The notes under the pieces: generated by a model
Database searches by the model: none
What the model saw: only the letters and a program-made list of their open reading frames with translations
What the model was told of the DNA's origin: nothing
Translations under genes and position numbers: made by a program
Part shown: piece by piece, positions 48,202 to 55,875 of the stretch
Position numbering within the stretch: the stretch's first letter is position 1
How the letters are laid out: each line of letters opens with the position of its first letter
IMG/VR virus record: IMGVR_UViG_3300011862_000001
Location: 1-64,000 of that record
Length of the DNA stretch: 64,000 bases
Strand: one strand, 5' to 3'
From: a virus
Taxonomy: Duplodnaviria > Caudoviricetes

Positions 48202-48218
48202 AGATATTATCATTGTGT
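48202..48218 (+). promoter_or_regulatory. putative early promoter
   Basis: AGATATTAT-N5-TG. Confidence 0.65.
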
Positions 48219-48241
48219 CTAACCTAAAGGAGTTTTAAACC

Positions 48242-49369
48242 ATGCAGAACCTTGAGCGTAAAGTCGTATGGCGTAAACGCTGTACCACCCCCGGCTATGA
48301 CGAGACGAAACGTGTCACCATGTGGGCTTTACCTCATGGCTGCATGTGTACCTTGCGACAAATCAGCGGTATGCCCATTTTAGATAATGGTTCCTACACT
48401 GCTGCGAATTCGCTACTCGCCAAATTACTGATGGATGCCGGTCTTAGCGGCACAGTCATTATTTATTCCACGGAAGTGATTCCGCAAAATACTTCCCGTT
48501 GGTTGACCTGGTGGATGTCCACCGATCCAACGTTGGACGACCCTTTACTGCGGACGATTACGGTAACCACCCTCGGACAAACGCCTACTAAGCCGTTGCC
48601 GTTCCAGGTTAACGTAATTGAACCGTTGCAATTGCAGGCGATGGGCGTAATGTCAACATTACGCGCCCAATCCCGCAACCCAGCCATCTCGATTTTCCTC
48701 CTTGAGGATGAGGGGCTGTTGTACCGACTTGAACCTGAACGGCGTACGGATGCCAAAGTGATCGATTGCACCGCCTATGGGTACGTGCTACGTACTCCAT
48801 CGCATCACGTCTTCCTGGCCAACAAAGTTTCTCGTCGAATACAGGGACAGTTAGCTCAACATGAACTACGTCCCGAAGATCTGATCGGAGCAACCGTGAA
48901 GGTCGAATACACGATGTTTACTGGCGGTAACCGCTTGTGCAACTACAAGTCGCCCATCGTGTTTCGCTGTGCATCGTTAGATAACCTCAACGATGCAGAC
49001 GTCCCCCCATACCATGGCCCTTTCATGTTCCTCTCGAACGAACCGGAGAAAAGTGCGCTGCTGACCGCAACCCGGTGTGGACGAGCAAGAATTGAACTTA
49101 TTGATGGCGCTATTGTGGGACGGGATGTGGAGTCCGACATCGTCCTATTCACCATTCGGAAGGGAGCCGAACCAGGCCTGTATATGGCATTACTGGAGCG
49201 TGGTGGACAGTCGGAAGAATGGCGTTTTGAGTCACCGTTTGCAGTCGATGCACTCGACCCTGATGTGTTTATTCGTTCGGTAGATGATAATATTTATCAC
49301 GCTACGGGATACGGGTTAAAACATTTGGGACTCAAATATGCCGATCATACACAGTCGCCGAAAATATAG
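48242..49369 (+). CDS. hypothetical protein, possible degenerate ATP-dependent ligase-like fold
   Basis: AAGGAG SD; the segment EP...DAKVID...LIGATVKVEY..FT.G......P..FR resembles a ligase OB domain. Confidence 0.6.
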   Translation: MQNLERKVVWRKRCTTPGYDETKRVTMWALPHGCMCTLRQISGMPILDNGSYTAANSLLAKLLMDAGLSGTVIIYSTEVIPQNTSRWLTWWMSTDPTLDDPLLRTITVTTLGQTPTKPLPFQVNVIEPLQLQAMGVMSTLRAQSRNPAISIFLLEDEGLLYRLEPERRTDAKVIDCTAYGYVLRTPSHHVFLANKVSRRIQGQLAQHELRPEDLIGATVKVEYTMFTGGNRLCNYKSPIVFRCASLDNLNDADVPPYHGPFMFLSNEPEKSALLTATRCGRARIELIDGAIVGRDVESDIVLFTIRKGAEPGLYMALLERGGQSEEWRFESPFAVDALDPDVFIRSVDDNIYHATGYGLKHLGLKYADHTQSPKI

Positions 49370-49378
49370 GAGTGCGTT

Positions 49379-49888
49379 ATGTTCACTACACCAACAATCA
49401 GTTCCGTGCAGGGGCTGCGTGTGGTCTGTCAAGACGCTCGTCTCGCTCAGCTATGCGACGAAGGCATTATCACCGCGATGGTGAGTTACAACCCATTTGG
49501 AAATTACAGCGACACCCGTGAGATTCGTATCGCGGCGGCTGTGATGAAACGCCTGGTCGGGAACCTTACCGTTCCTGAGCTGTGCCGTATCGTCGATAAC
49601 CAACCCGTGCTGGTAAAAGGGATGGTGGCGTTACTGCAAGACGGCGTAGCATCTTTCGATTCCGGTATTGGAAACTTCCTGGATATTAGCTCTGGGTTTG
49701 AAAATGGTATGTTCTTCGTAAGTAAAGAGCGTTATGACGCGGTATGGAATTATCTGGGGATGTGCGGTGTGACCGTGCCTCAGAAACTTCGTGATTACCA
49801 ACTCTATGACGTGAACGCCTTTGGGGAACCGGGTCTTTGGATTAAACCGGTTTACTTAGGTTTGAATGGCAGTTCCATCCTTGCGTAA
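49379..49888 (+). CDS. hypothetical protein
   Basis: 169-aa ORF with AGGAG SD. Confidence 0.75.
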   Translation: MFTTPTISSVQGLRVVCQDARLAQLCDEGIITAMVSYNPFGNYSDTREIRIAAAVMKRLVGNLTVPELCRIVDNQPVLVKGMVALLQDGVASFDSGIGNFLDISSGFENGMFFVSKERYDAVWNYLGMCGVTVPQKLRDYQLYDVNAFGEPGLWIKPVYLGLNGSSILA

Positions 49889-49890
49889 AT

Positions 49891-49932
49891 AGTACCCGTA
49901 CTGCTTCGGCGGTACGGGTACTTTATCTTTTT
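49891..49932 (+). terminator. terminator
   Basis: AGTACCCGTACTGC-TTCG-GCGGTACGGGTACT followed by Ts. Confidence 0.85.
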
Positions 49933-49950
49933 AATTTTAAGGAGTTTTTC

Positions 49951-50487
49951 ATGTTTAGTATTGTTGATATCATCGACGTCATGTGTGACCACTACGAAGA
50001 CACCCCGACCTGGAAAGAGATGAACCTCGGAGCGCGTACGGTGCTCGAGGTAGGTCAGGAATTCGAAGGGGTACCGATTCTGCGTATGGAGCGTGACGGG
50101 GTGGTCGTCGACTTCCAACTGCTGCGAGCGAACGGCGATAATTTGTTTATCTTTCTGAATAGCTTCCAGGAGCCCCTCAATCGCGCTATGCTGGACGAAC
50201 TGCGTCAGGTGCTACATACGGCCACCCTGGTGGAGAAAGACGCCGTATACGCCGTTGTGGAAGCCCAGTACGTGGCAGAAGAAATCCTGGCTGATATGGT
50301 GGCCCTGGAAATCCCCGACGCCGTGTTGGAAAACAGTCCGGAACTCCAGGAAAAATACGGGGCCATTTTTCAGCACGCGAAAGCGCGTGGCCTGACGCCT
50401 ATCGTCGGGGTACCGTACACCGAAGAATTCATGAGCCAGATGCTCCCGCAAGGCTTCAAGATTCTCGATTACATTTACGTGCTGTAA
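49951..50487 (+). CDS. hypothetical protein (paralog family with 51552..52094)
   Basis: AAGGAG SD; followed by a terminator. Confidence 0.75.
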   Translation: MFSIVDIIDVMCDHYEDTPTWKEMNLGARTVLEVGQEFEGVPILRMERDGVVVDFQLLRANGDNLFIFLNSFQEPLNRAMLDELRQVLHTATLVEKDAVYAVVEAQYVAEEILADMVALEIPDAVLENSPELQEKYGAIFQHAKARGLTPIVGVPYTEEFMSQMLPQGFKILDYIYVL

Positions 50488-50548
50488 ACACGAGGGGAGG
50501 CGACTCCCCTTTATTTTTTGTCCGGTAAGAATAAAAAAGATTTCAGAT

Positions 50549-50565
50549 ATATATTACCTCAGTGA
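50549..50565 (+). promoter_or_regulatory. early (virion RNAP) promoter
   Basis: Exact TATATTAC followed by N5-TG. Confidence 0.75.
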
Positions 50566-50613
50566 GATTAGACTATTAATCTTAAACCCTATTGATTATC
50601 AAGGAGTAATATC

Positions 50614-50796
50614 ATGTCTACTTTACAACACAGCTACCAACCTTTGGCAGACGATTCTGATATCAGCAAAACCATCATGCAAATCCAGGCTAACCTTGAC
50701 GAGCGTCAACGTCTGGTGAAAGAGATGATGGCAGCCAAGGTTGCCGGTGACGAAATCAAAGCAGCTGAGCTGCGTCGTCATCTGTTTGCGCGTTAA
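50614..50796 (+). CDS. small early protein
   Basis: 60-aa ORF with AAGGAG SD, downstream of the early promoter. Confidence 0.75.
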   Translation: MSTLQHSYQPLADDSDISKTIMQIQANLDERQRLVKEMMAAKVAGDEIKAAELRRHLFAR

Positions 50797-50852
50797 GCGT
50801 AAACCCTATAATACCAATTAACCTTAATTATCAGACTATCAAGGATTAACTC

Positions 50853-51494
50853 ATGACTCACTTTATTGCTGTAGAATCCATTCGTGACCACAAACTGTCT
50901 GCGGCTCTGATGGCGGACCTGCCAAACCTTATCCAGGCAGAGAACCTTTTGATGTACACCCCGTACACGCAGTACGCGCTGTTTGAAGACGGCGTCGTCA
51001 CTGAATGCGTGATGGTGATTGAAGAAAACGAAGTGGCCAGTATCCCGTATTTCCACCACGCCTTACTCGGCGATATCGAAGCGCTGGTTCGCCACTATCA
51101 CAAGGGTGTGCGTTACGTTAACGTCTACGCCAGTCACATTGGTGACCTCGGTAACGGTTGGGAAGTGGTGGCCGCCAATTTCAAAACCCGTATCGCTGCC
51201 AAAACCAAACACTACACGCTGGCTGACACCGAGCACCCGCAGGTGAAAGTCTGTCACACTGATATGGGTTCCGTGGTGGCCACGGTGCTTGAGAACGTGA
51301 TGTGTGTGGCGATGTCGACTGAACCGTTCACCGTTGAAACGCAAAAAGCGATTGATGCCGCAGCCGGGGTGGCGGCCTCTGAGGACAAACCGTTCACCGT
51401 CCAGGCGTACTCCACCGTGTGGCAAAACGCGTTTATGGAAAACCCGAACTACGTGTTCACCAACTGCACGGTCAGCAAAGACCTGCGCGCTTAA
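50853..51494 (+). CDS. hypothetical early protein
   Basis: 213-aa ORF with AAGGA SD. Confidence 0.75.
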   Translation: MTHFIAVESIRDHKLSAALMADLPNLIQAENLLMYTPYTQYALFEDGVVTECVMVIEENEVASIPYFHHALLGDIEALVRHYHKGVRYVNVYASHIGDLGNGWEVVAANFKTRIAAKTKHYTLADTEHPQVKVCHTDMGSVVATVLENVMCVAMSTEPFTVETQKAIDAAAGVAASEDKPFTVQAYSTVWQNAFMENPNYVFTNCTVSKDLRA

Positions 51495-51551
51495 TTGACT
51501 AATCACGGGGAGCCTGCGCTCCCTGTCTTTTTTTGACCTTCGAGGATTATC

Positions 51552-52094
51552 ATGTTTATACTTCAAAAACACCACGACATTGTCACTAACCCGGCTTACC
51601 GTGATTGTACCGATGCCAAAGAATTCTTAGCACCGGTCAGTATCGCGCATCTCAATTACTTGAAAAAGCTGACGTACCTCGCGACGTTCGAAGACGGCAA
51701 ACCTGTCCACGTTCAGAAGCTGACTGCGGTTGAGAATACGGTGTATCTCTACGTCGATAAACTGACACCGAAGTTACTCAATGAACTGCGCATGGTGGTA
51801 CGTCCCGCAACACTTACCTATCCGGGGGCGTTCTTTGCGGTGTGTGAGCCGGAAGGACGTGACCCGTCGATGGAAGCAGTCACATTCGGTTTCACGGTGC
51901 CGCCAGAGCTGCGGTCTATCGAGAAACTGGCCCCGTTAATTGGTCACCCGAACGCGCAAATTATTCTCGAGGGGATAGCCTCGGTCACTAATCCGCAACA
52001 CGAATACGTGATGAACTGGAAGGGTGACGAAGAGATGGCGGAATACTTCCAACAACACGGTTTGAAATTCGTCAGTGCGTTTTACGCGCTGTAA
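51552..52094 (+). CDS. hypothetical protein
   Basis: 180-aa ORF with GAGGA SD. Confidence 0.75.
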   Translation: MFILQKHHDIVTNPAYRDCTDAKEFLAPVSIAHLNYLKKLTYLATFEDGKPVHVQKLTAVENTVYLYVDKLTPKLLNELRMVVRPATLTYPGAFFAVCEPEGRDPSMEAVTFGFTVPPELRSIEKLAPLIGHPNAQIILEGIASVTNPQHEYVMNWKGDEEMAEYFQQHGLKFVSAFYAL

Positions 52095-52100
52095 TAAATC

Positions 52101-52129
52101 GGGGAGCTTCGGCTCCCTGTTTTTTTTTG
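52101..52129 (+). terminator. terminator
   Basis: GGGAGC-TTCG-GCTCCC followed by a long T run. Confidence 0.85.
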
Positions 52130-52339
52130 TTTCAACCCGCATCACTGCTCATTTTTTGACCACTTTCTGTACACATTTTAACCAGTGAAAATAAGCAGCC
52201 AAAACGCGCTTTACAGCGGTCGTAACCGAACCCGGTACACTTGGGTTCCTTTCCCTAAATAACGTCTCCTGGGTACCGCTGCGTTCGAATTTGACGGTGT
52301 CCCGACCCCGACTTGCGACCCCCTCGTCATCGACTGGCG

Positions 52340-52780
52340 ACCGCCACGCCGATCAAACGTTGGGTACCGCTTCGCGGAACTGGGGATCTAAAACAGGGAA
52401 ATCTTGACAAACGAATCTTCGTGAGTTTGTCTGATTTGGTTGTTTTTTAACCAATAACCCCTAGCCAGCCTCCAGCTGGCTTAATTTACCCTTTTAAAAA
52501 TTTTCTTTTTAAAAAACAAAGACTTACAACCGATCTTACCCCTCCCCTCAGGGGGAGGGTAAAAAACTCTTCTATTAGTCGCGTGCGCGTGCGCACGCCA
52601 TTTCCTACAGGATCTTTTAAAAGAATTATATTATTATAATTATATATATCCCGTAGGGATATAATTATAAATATAAATATATATAACTCTTCGAGTTTAA
52701 ATATACTAACGCGCGTGATCCTTATTAAGAGATCGGATCTCGGATCGGCAGGTTGACCACCCCGATCGGGGGGGGGGGAA
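52340..52780. other. non-coding palindrome/AT-rich region, candidate replication origin or packaging site
   Basis: Several inverted repeats, a nearly pure A/T tract at ~52615-52705, nine GATC sites and a G11 run. Confidence 0.45.
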
Positions 52781-52782
52781 GT

Positions 52783-52811
52783 CCAATTACAGGTTTACCC
52801 AGTAGTATGCT
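52783..52811 (+). promoter_or_regulatory. putative middle promoter
   Basis: CCAATTAC-N15-TATG; near-identical copy at 53951-53979. Confidence 0.7.
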
Positions 52812-53075
52812 CGAAGGCACATGCACCACGTTGCCATCATCCAATCTCCCGGTTGACATCGGGCCGGGAGACTTTTTCGAGTCCGACTCACGCAGGGTGA
52901 GACGCGCTTACTGGCCAGTTGTGGTACAGGACCCGCAGTGCTGATCCCGCTGCGGGGATTTTTTCCCCAGGCGCTCATCCTGTTCAGGAATTGCTGTGTG
53001 TAGTTCGCCCCGTTCCTACCGGGGCGCTTTTTCGAGAGTCTTCCCCGAGGGTTGTCGACAAAGCGAAAAACCGTT
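52809..53075 (+). ncRNA. candidate structured ncRNA 1
   Basis: Own promoter motif, no credible ORF, multiple stems (GCTCGAAGG/TTTTCGAGT, TCTCCCGG/CCGGGAGA, CCGCAG/CTGCGG, CGCCCC/GGGGCG). Confidence 0.5.
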
Positions 53076-53109
53076 CAGCCTAACACTCAACGTGATTTTG
53101 TTTTAGTAT

Positions 53110-53410
53110 GTCCAGAGATTCAGGTTCCCGCCGGGCTTTCACCCCGGTCGGTACCGCGGTAGCCTCAGGGGCGTTCTGCCCCGCCGGACCGTCATCCGTC
53201 GCCATGGCCATGAACTTACGCGTGGCCCACGTCGGTTGGATGCTCCTGAGGCGCGACCGAATTCGGCGTTGCGTCGAAACGTTCCCTGCGTGGAGACACC
53301 GCAGGGGTGGGATTGTCCCGAAGGGGGTGATTGGTTGTTTATCTTGGCGGCTCGGAAAGACGAGAGGGGGATGCCTGCACGCTGTGAAGCAGTTCGGGCA
53401 CCGCTGTCGA
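53110..53410 (+). ncRNA. candidate structured ncRNA 2
   Basis: Own promoter motif (AAC-N15-TATG, 53089-53110); nested long-range stems and a GAGA tetraloop. Confidence 0.55.
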
Positions 53411-53464
53411 TATTTTTTACAGATTCCCCAGTTCATGTGTTCAAACCCAGCGAGGAATTTCAGC

Positions 53465-53965
53465 GTGACCACGATTGCATTCGACGGTAATACTCTGGCG
53501 GCGGACAGCCAGACAACCCAAGAGAACATTCGCCTCTCGAACTCTGCGGTAAAAATCTTCACCCGCGTCGCGCAGTCTGATGACTGGGCAATCGAGGGGA
53601 AACGCATCACCGCGTTTGGGGTGGCGGGTAACCTACACGCAGCCAACGATTTGCGCAGAGCGATGGAAACGTTTGCTGGCCACAAAGCCGGTGACCCGTT
53701 CGCCAAAGGCATCACCTTCGCGTTCATCGCGATTGCTGAAGACCGTACCGTGTTTGTTGGCGGGAAGTATTCTGACGATGACCGTTCGTGGGTCGTCGAA
53801 GCACAGGCACCGGTTGCTGTTGGTAGCGGTGGGGATTTCGCCATGGGTGCCATGGCCGCTGGGGCTACAGCCGAACAGGCTGTGGAGATTGCTGCTCGGT
53901 TCGATGTGAATACCGGCGGCCTTGTCCAGGCGATTAACCTCGCCAAAAGCCCAATTACAGATTAA
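53465..53965 (+). CDS. HslV/proteasome-beta-like Ntn threonine peptidase
   Basis: True start GTG 53465 (GAGG SD) gives MTTIAF...AADSQ...KI...GVAG...AVGSGG..AMGAM...D..TGG; own promoter TTTTAC-N15-TGTG at 53415-53439. Confidence 0.82.
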   Translation: MTTIAFDGNTLAADSQTTQENIRLSNSAVKIFTRVAQSDDWAIEGKRITAFGVAGNLHAANDLRRAMETFAGHKAGDPFAKGITFAFIAIAEDRTVFVGGKYSDDDRSWVVEAQAPVAVGSGGDFAMGAMAAGATAEQAVEIAARFDVNTGGLVQAINLAKSPITD

Positions 53966-53979
53966 CCCAGTGCTATGCT
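53951..53979 (+). promoter_or_regulatory. putative middle promoter for the tRNA cluster
   Basis: CCAATTAC-N15-TATG, repeat of 52783-52811. Confidence 0.7.
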
Positions 53980-54013
53980 GAGAGGCGCACGTCGGTTTCT
54001 CTGAAAGAATTCT

Positions 54014-54089
54014 AGGGAAGTAGCTCAGCAGGCAGAGCGCTGATCTCCAAAATCAGATGCCACAGGTTCGATTCCTGTCTTCCCTGCCA
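54014..54089 (+). tRNA. trnW: tRNA-Trp(CCA)
   Basis: AGGGAAG/CTTCCCT acceptor stem, CTGAT-CTCCAAA-ATCAG anticodon arm, GGTTCGATTCC, encoded CCA. Confidence 0.95.
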
Positions 54090-54182
54090 ATTTCCAATAG
54101 CTCGATGACCCGGTTATCCATCTGGCCCGAGCGAATCAACACCGCATAGCCGCAAGGCGTGAGTGATGGATTGGGAAAAGCA

Positions 54183-54302
54183 ATGGCAAAAGTAAAAATT
54201 ATCACGGGGCGTAATGGCGTGCAGTACGCCGAACGCAATGGGGTGGTTTGTCGTTTAGACTTACCAGCTCCTAAACCAAAAAAGAATTTAGCCAGCAAGT
54301 AA
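54183..54302 (+). CDS. small basic protein (39 aa, not in the ORF track)
   Basis: MAKVKIITGRNGVQYAERNGVVCRLDLPAPKPKKNLASK. Confidence 0.45.
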   Translation: MAKVKIITGRNGVQYAERNGVVCRLDLPAPKPKKNLASK

Positions 54303-54348
54303 GCGAGTTACCGCGGAAGGCCAATTAGCCAATCAGCGGAGAACGCCC

Positions 54349-54570
54349 ATGAACTTGTATTTGCTAGAACGAACGGATGATGTTGGTCACGACGAATTTG
54401 ATTCCATAGTCGTTGCAGCTCCTACGGAGCACGCCGCGTGTGCAATTCGTCCACGAGGTGGATGGGTGCCAGACAACCAAGCCGAAGACGGGGTTACCCT
54501 GAGGATAGCGTTGATAGGCACTACCCACCTACCCGCCGGCATCGTCCACACATCGTTCAACGCAGGCTGA
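54349..54570 (+). CDS. small hypothetical phage protein
   Basis: 73 aa, GGAG SD, MNLYLLER.D...DEFDS.VVAA pattern typical of small phage proteins. Confidence 0.7.
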   Translation: MNLYLLERTDDVGHDEFDSIVVAAPTEHAACAIRPRGGWVPDNQAEDGVTLRIALIGTTHLPAGIVHTSFNAG

Positions 54571-54599
54571 ATAATCGGTGGGCTTCGGCCCACCACCCT

Positions 54600-54675
54600 G
54601 GGGCAATGGCTCGAGCGGTTAGGCGACGAATTGCAAATTCGGATAAGGTCGGTTCAAATCCGGCTTGCCCCTCCA
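54600..54675 (+). tRNA. trnC: tRNA-Cys(GCA)
   Basis: GGGGCAA/TTGCCCC acceptor stem, TTGCAAA loop, GGTTCAAATCC, U73 discriminator plus CCA. Confidence 0.93.
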
Positions 54676-55045
54676 AATACACCAACAGGAATATTTCGAT
54701 ATTCGTGTTGAAGCTGACTGTCACTTGCTCACAAGTGTATACCCATAGGCGTCGGGGCTGGTATCCCCGCTGCCACGGTAATAGCGAAGACCTATCGCAT
54801 ACCCCTAAGTCGATAGTAGCCGGTTACACAAAAGACCACCCTAGGGTGGGTAGCTGACCGTGAACAAACTTACTCGATAACTTAAGAGAGTTGTTATATG
54901 CAAGGATGGAGAGTAGCACTGGGGGAAATGATGGCGACCTTACGCTATTTCATTGCCCACGCGCACCTCTGGTCACTTGCCCATTATCGGCTTACAGGCG
55001 GTGGGAGTTCCCGTGAGGGTTCCCGACACAGACAACTTCCTGCGT

Positions 55046-55148
55046 GGAACTATTTGTCCGTATCGGACAGGCCAGCACCGGACTGCTAATCCGTCTCGCT
55101 AACGCCTGTAATACTACAATCTGAAATCTGATTGGGATTAAGTTCCCA
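55046..55148 (+). pseudogene. degenerate tRNA-Ser(GCT)-like element
   Basis: GGAACT/AGTTCC ends and CGGA-CTGCTAA-TCCG anticodon arm; non-canonical T arm. Confidence 0.45.
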
Positions 55149-55318
55149 GAAGTGAACGGGTGGCAGACGCCACCGTAGGCGCGGTACCTCATACGGCCGG
55201 TACGCCGCAAAAGCAAGACGGATAGGGGATGGTGCTTGGAGAGGTTCAGACCAGCGTATCGTTGGCTCAACTGAAGAAGTCCATCATCCCCGTTTCCTAC
55301 AACGTATGTGAGGCGTGT

Positions 55319-55645
55319 ATGGAACAATACCGCGAAGGGCCGAAAAGCACCGTGACGCACCAGTGTCACGACTATAACGTCGATGATTTACTGGACGTCG
55401 TTGCCACACACCGTCTCGTCCAGATTCCTCTTTCCAAGGTGGAGTGGATTCTGGAGGAAACTCAGGTGGAACCTGAGCGGGTGGAGTCTGCGGATATTGA
55501 TTATCCGATTATCGTACTCCACCAACGTAATCAGTATATTGTATTGGATGGTGCCCATCGACTTACCAAAGCCAAACGCTTAGGGGAAAAGACGATTGCG
55601 GCCAAGGTCATAGTTCCGGCAGAGTTACCGAAACCGGTACGCTAA
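55319..55645 (+). CDS. ParB/Srx-like domain protein
   Basis: YPIIV...IVLDGAHRL.KA...G...I motif; ATG 55319 with GAGG SD. Confidence 0.75.
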   Translation: MEQYREGPKSTVTHQCHDYNVDDLLDVVATHRLVQIPLSKVEWILEETQVEPERVESADIDYPIIVLHQRNQYIVLDGAHRLTKAKRLGEKTIAAKVIVPAELPKPVR

Positions 55646-55660
55646 CGCTACGAGGTTATC

Positions 55661-55837
55661 ATGCCAACAGTTCATCTTCCTAAAGATTTGAATGAGAAGC
55701 TCGACGACCTGTACGTTCGTCTGGTGACTGAAAGTCAGCAGAAGTTAAAACGCACACGCGTGGTTGAAATCGCATTTGCGAAAGGCATTGACAATGTCAC
55801 TGTCGCCGATGTGATACGCAAAGATTTGGAGAATTAA
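55661..55837 (+). CDS. ribbon-helix-helix-like small protein (58 aa, not in the ORF track)
   Basis: MPTVHLPKDLNEKLDDLY...KRTRVVEIAF; GAGGT SD. Confidence 0.65.
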   Translation: MPTVHLPKDLNEKLDDLYVRLVTESQQKLKRTRVVEIAFAKGIDNVTVADVIRKDLEN

Positions 55838-55875
55838 CCGAGTGGCCGAAAGTGCTCCGGTCGATTCGTTTCAAT

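Noticed and set aside
53080-53946. 288-aa minus-strand ORF, and the 119-aa N-terminal extension of 53108..53965
   Set aside because: An Ntn peptidase needs an N-terminal Thr, and the SD and promoter point to GTG 53465; the upstream GC-rich structured sequence simply lacks stops
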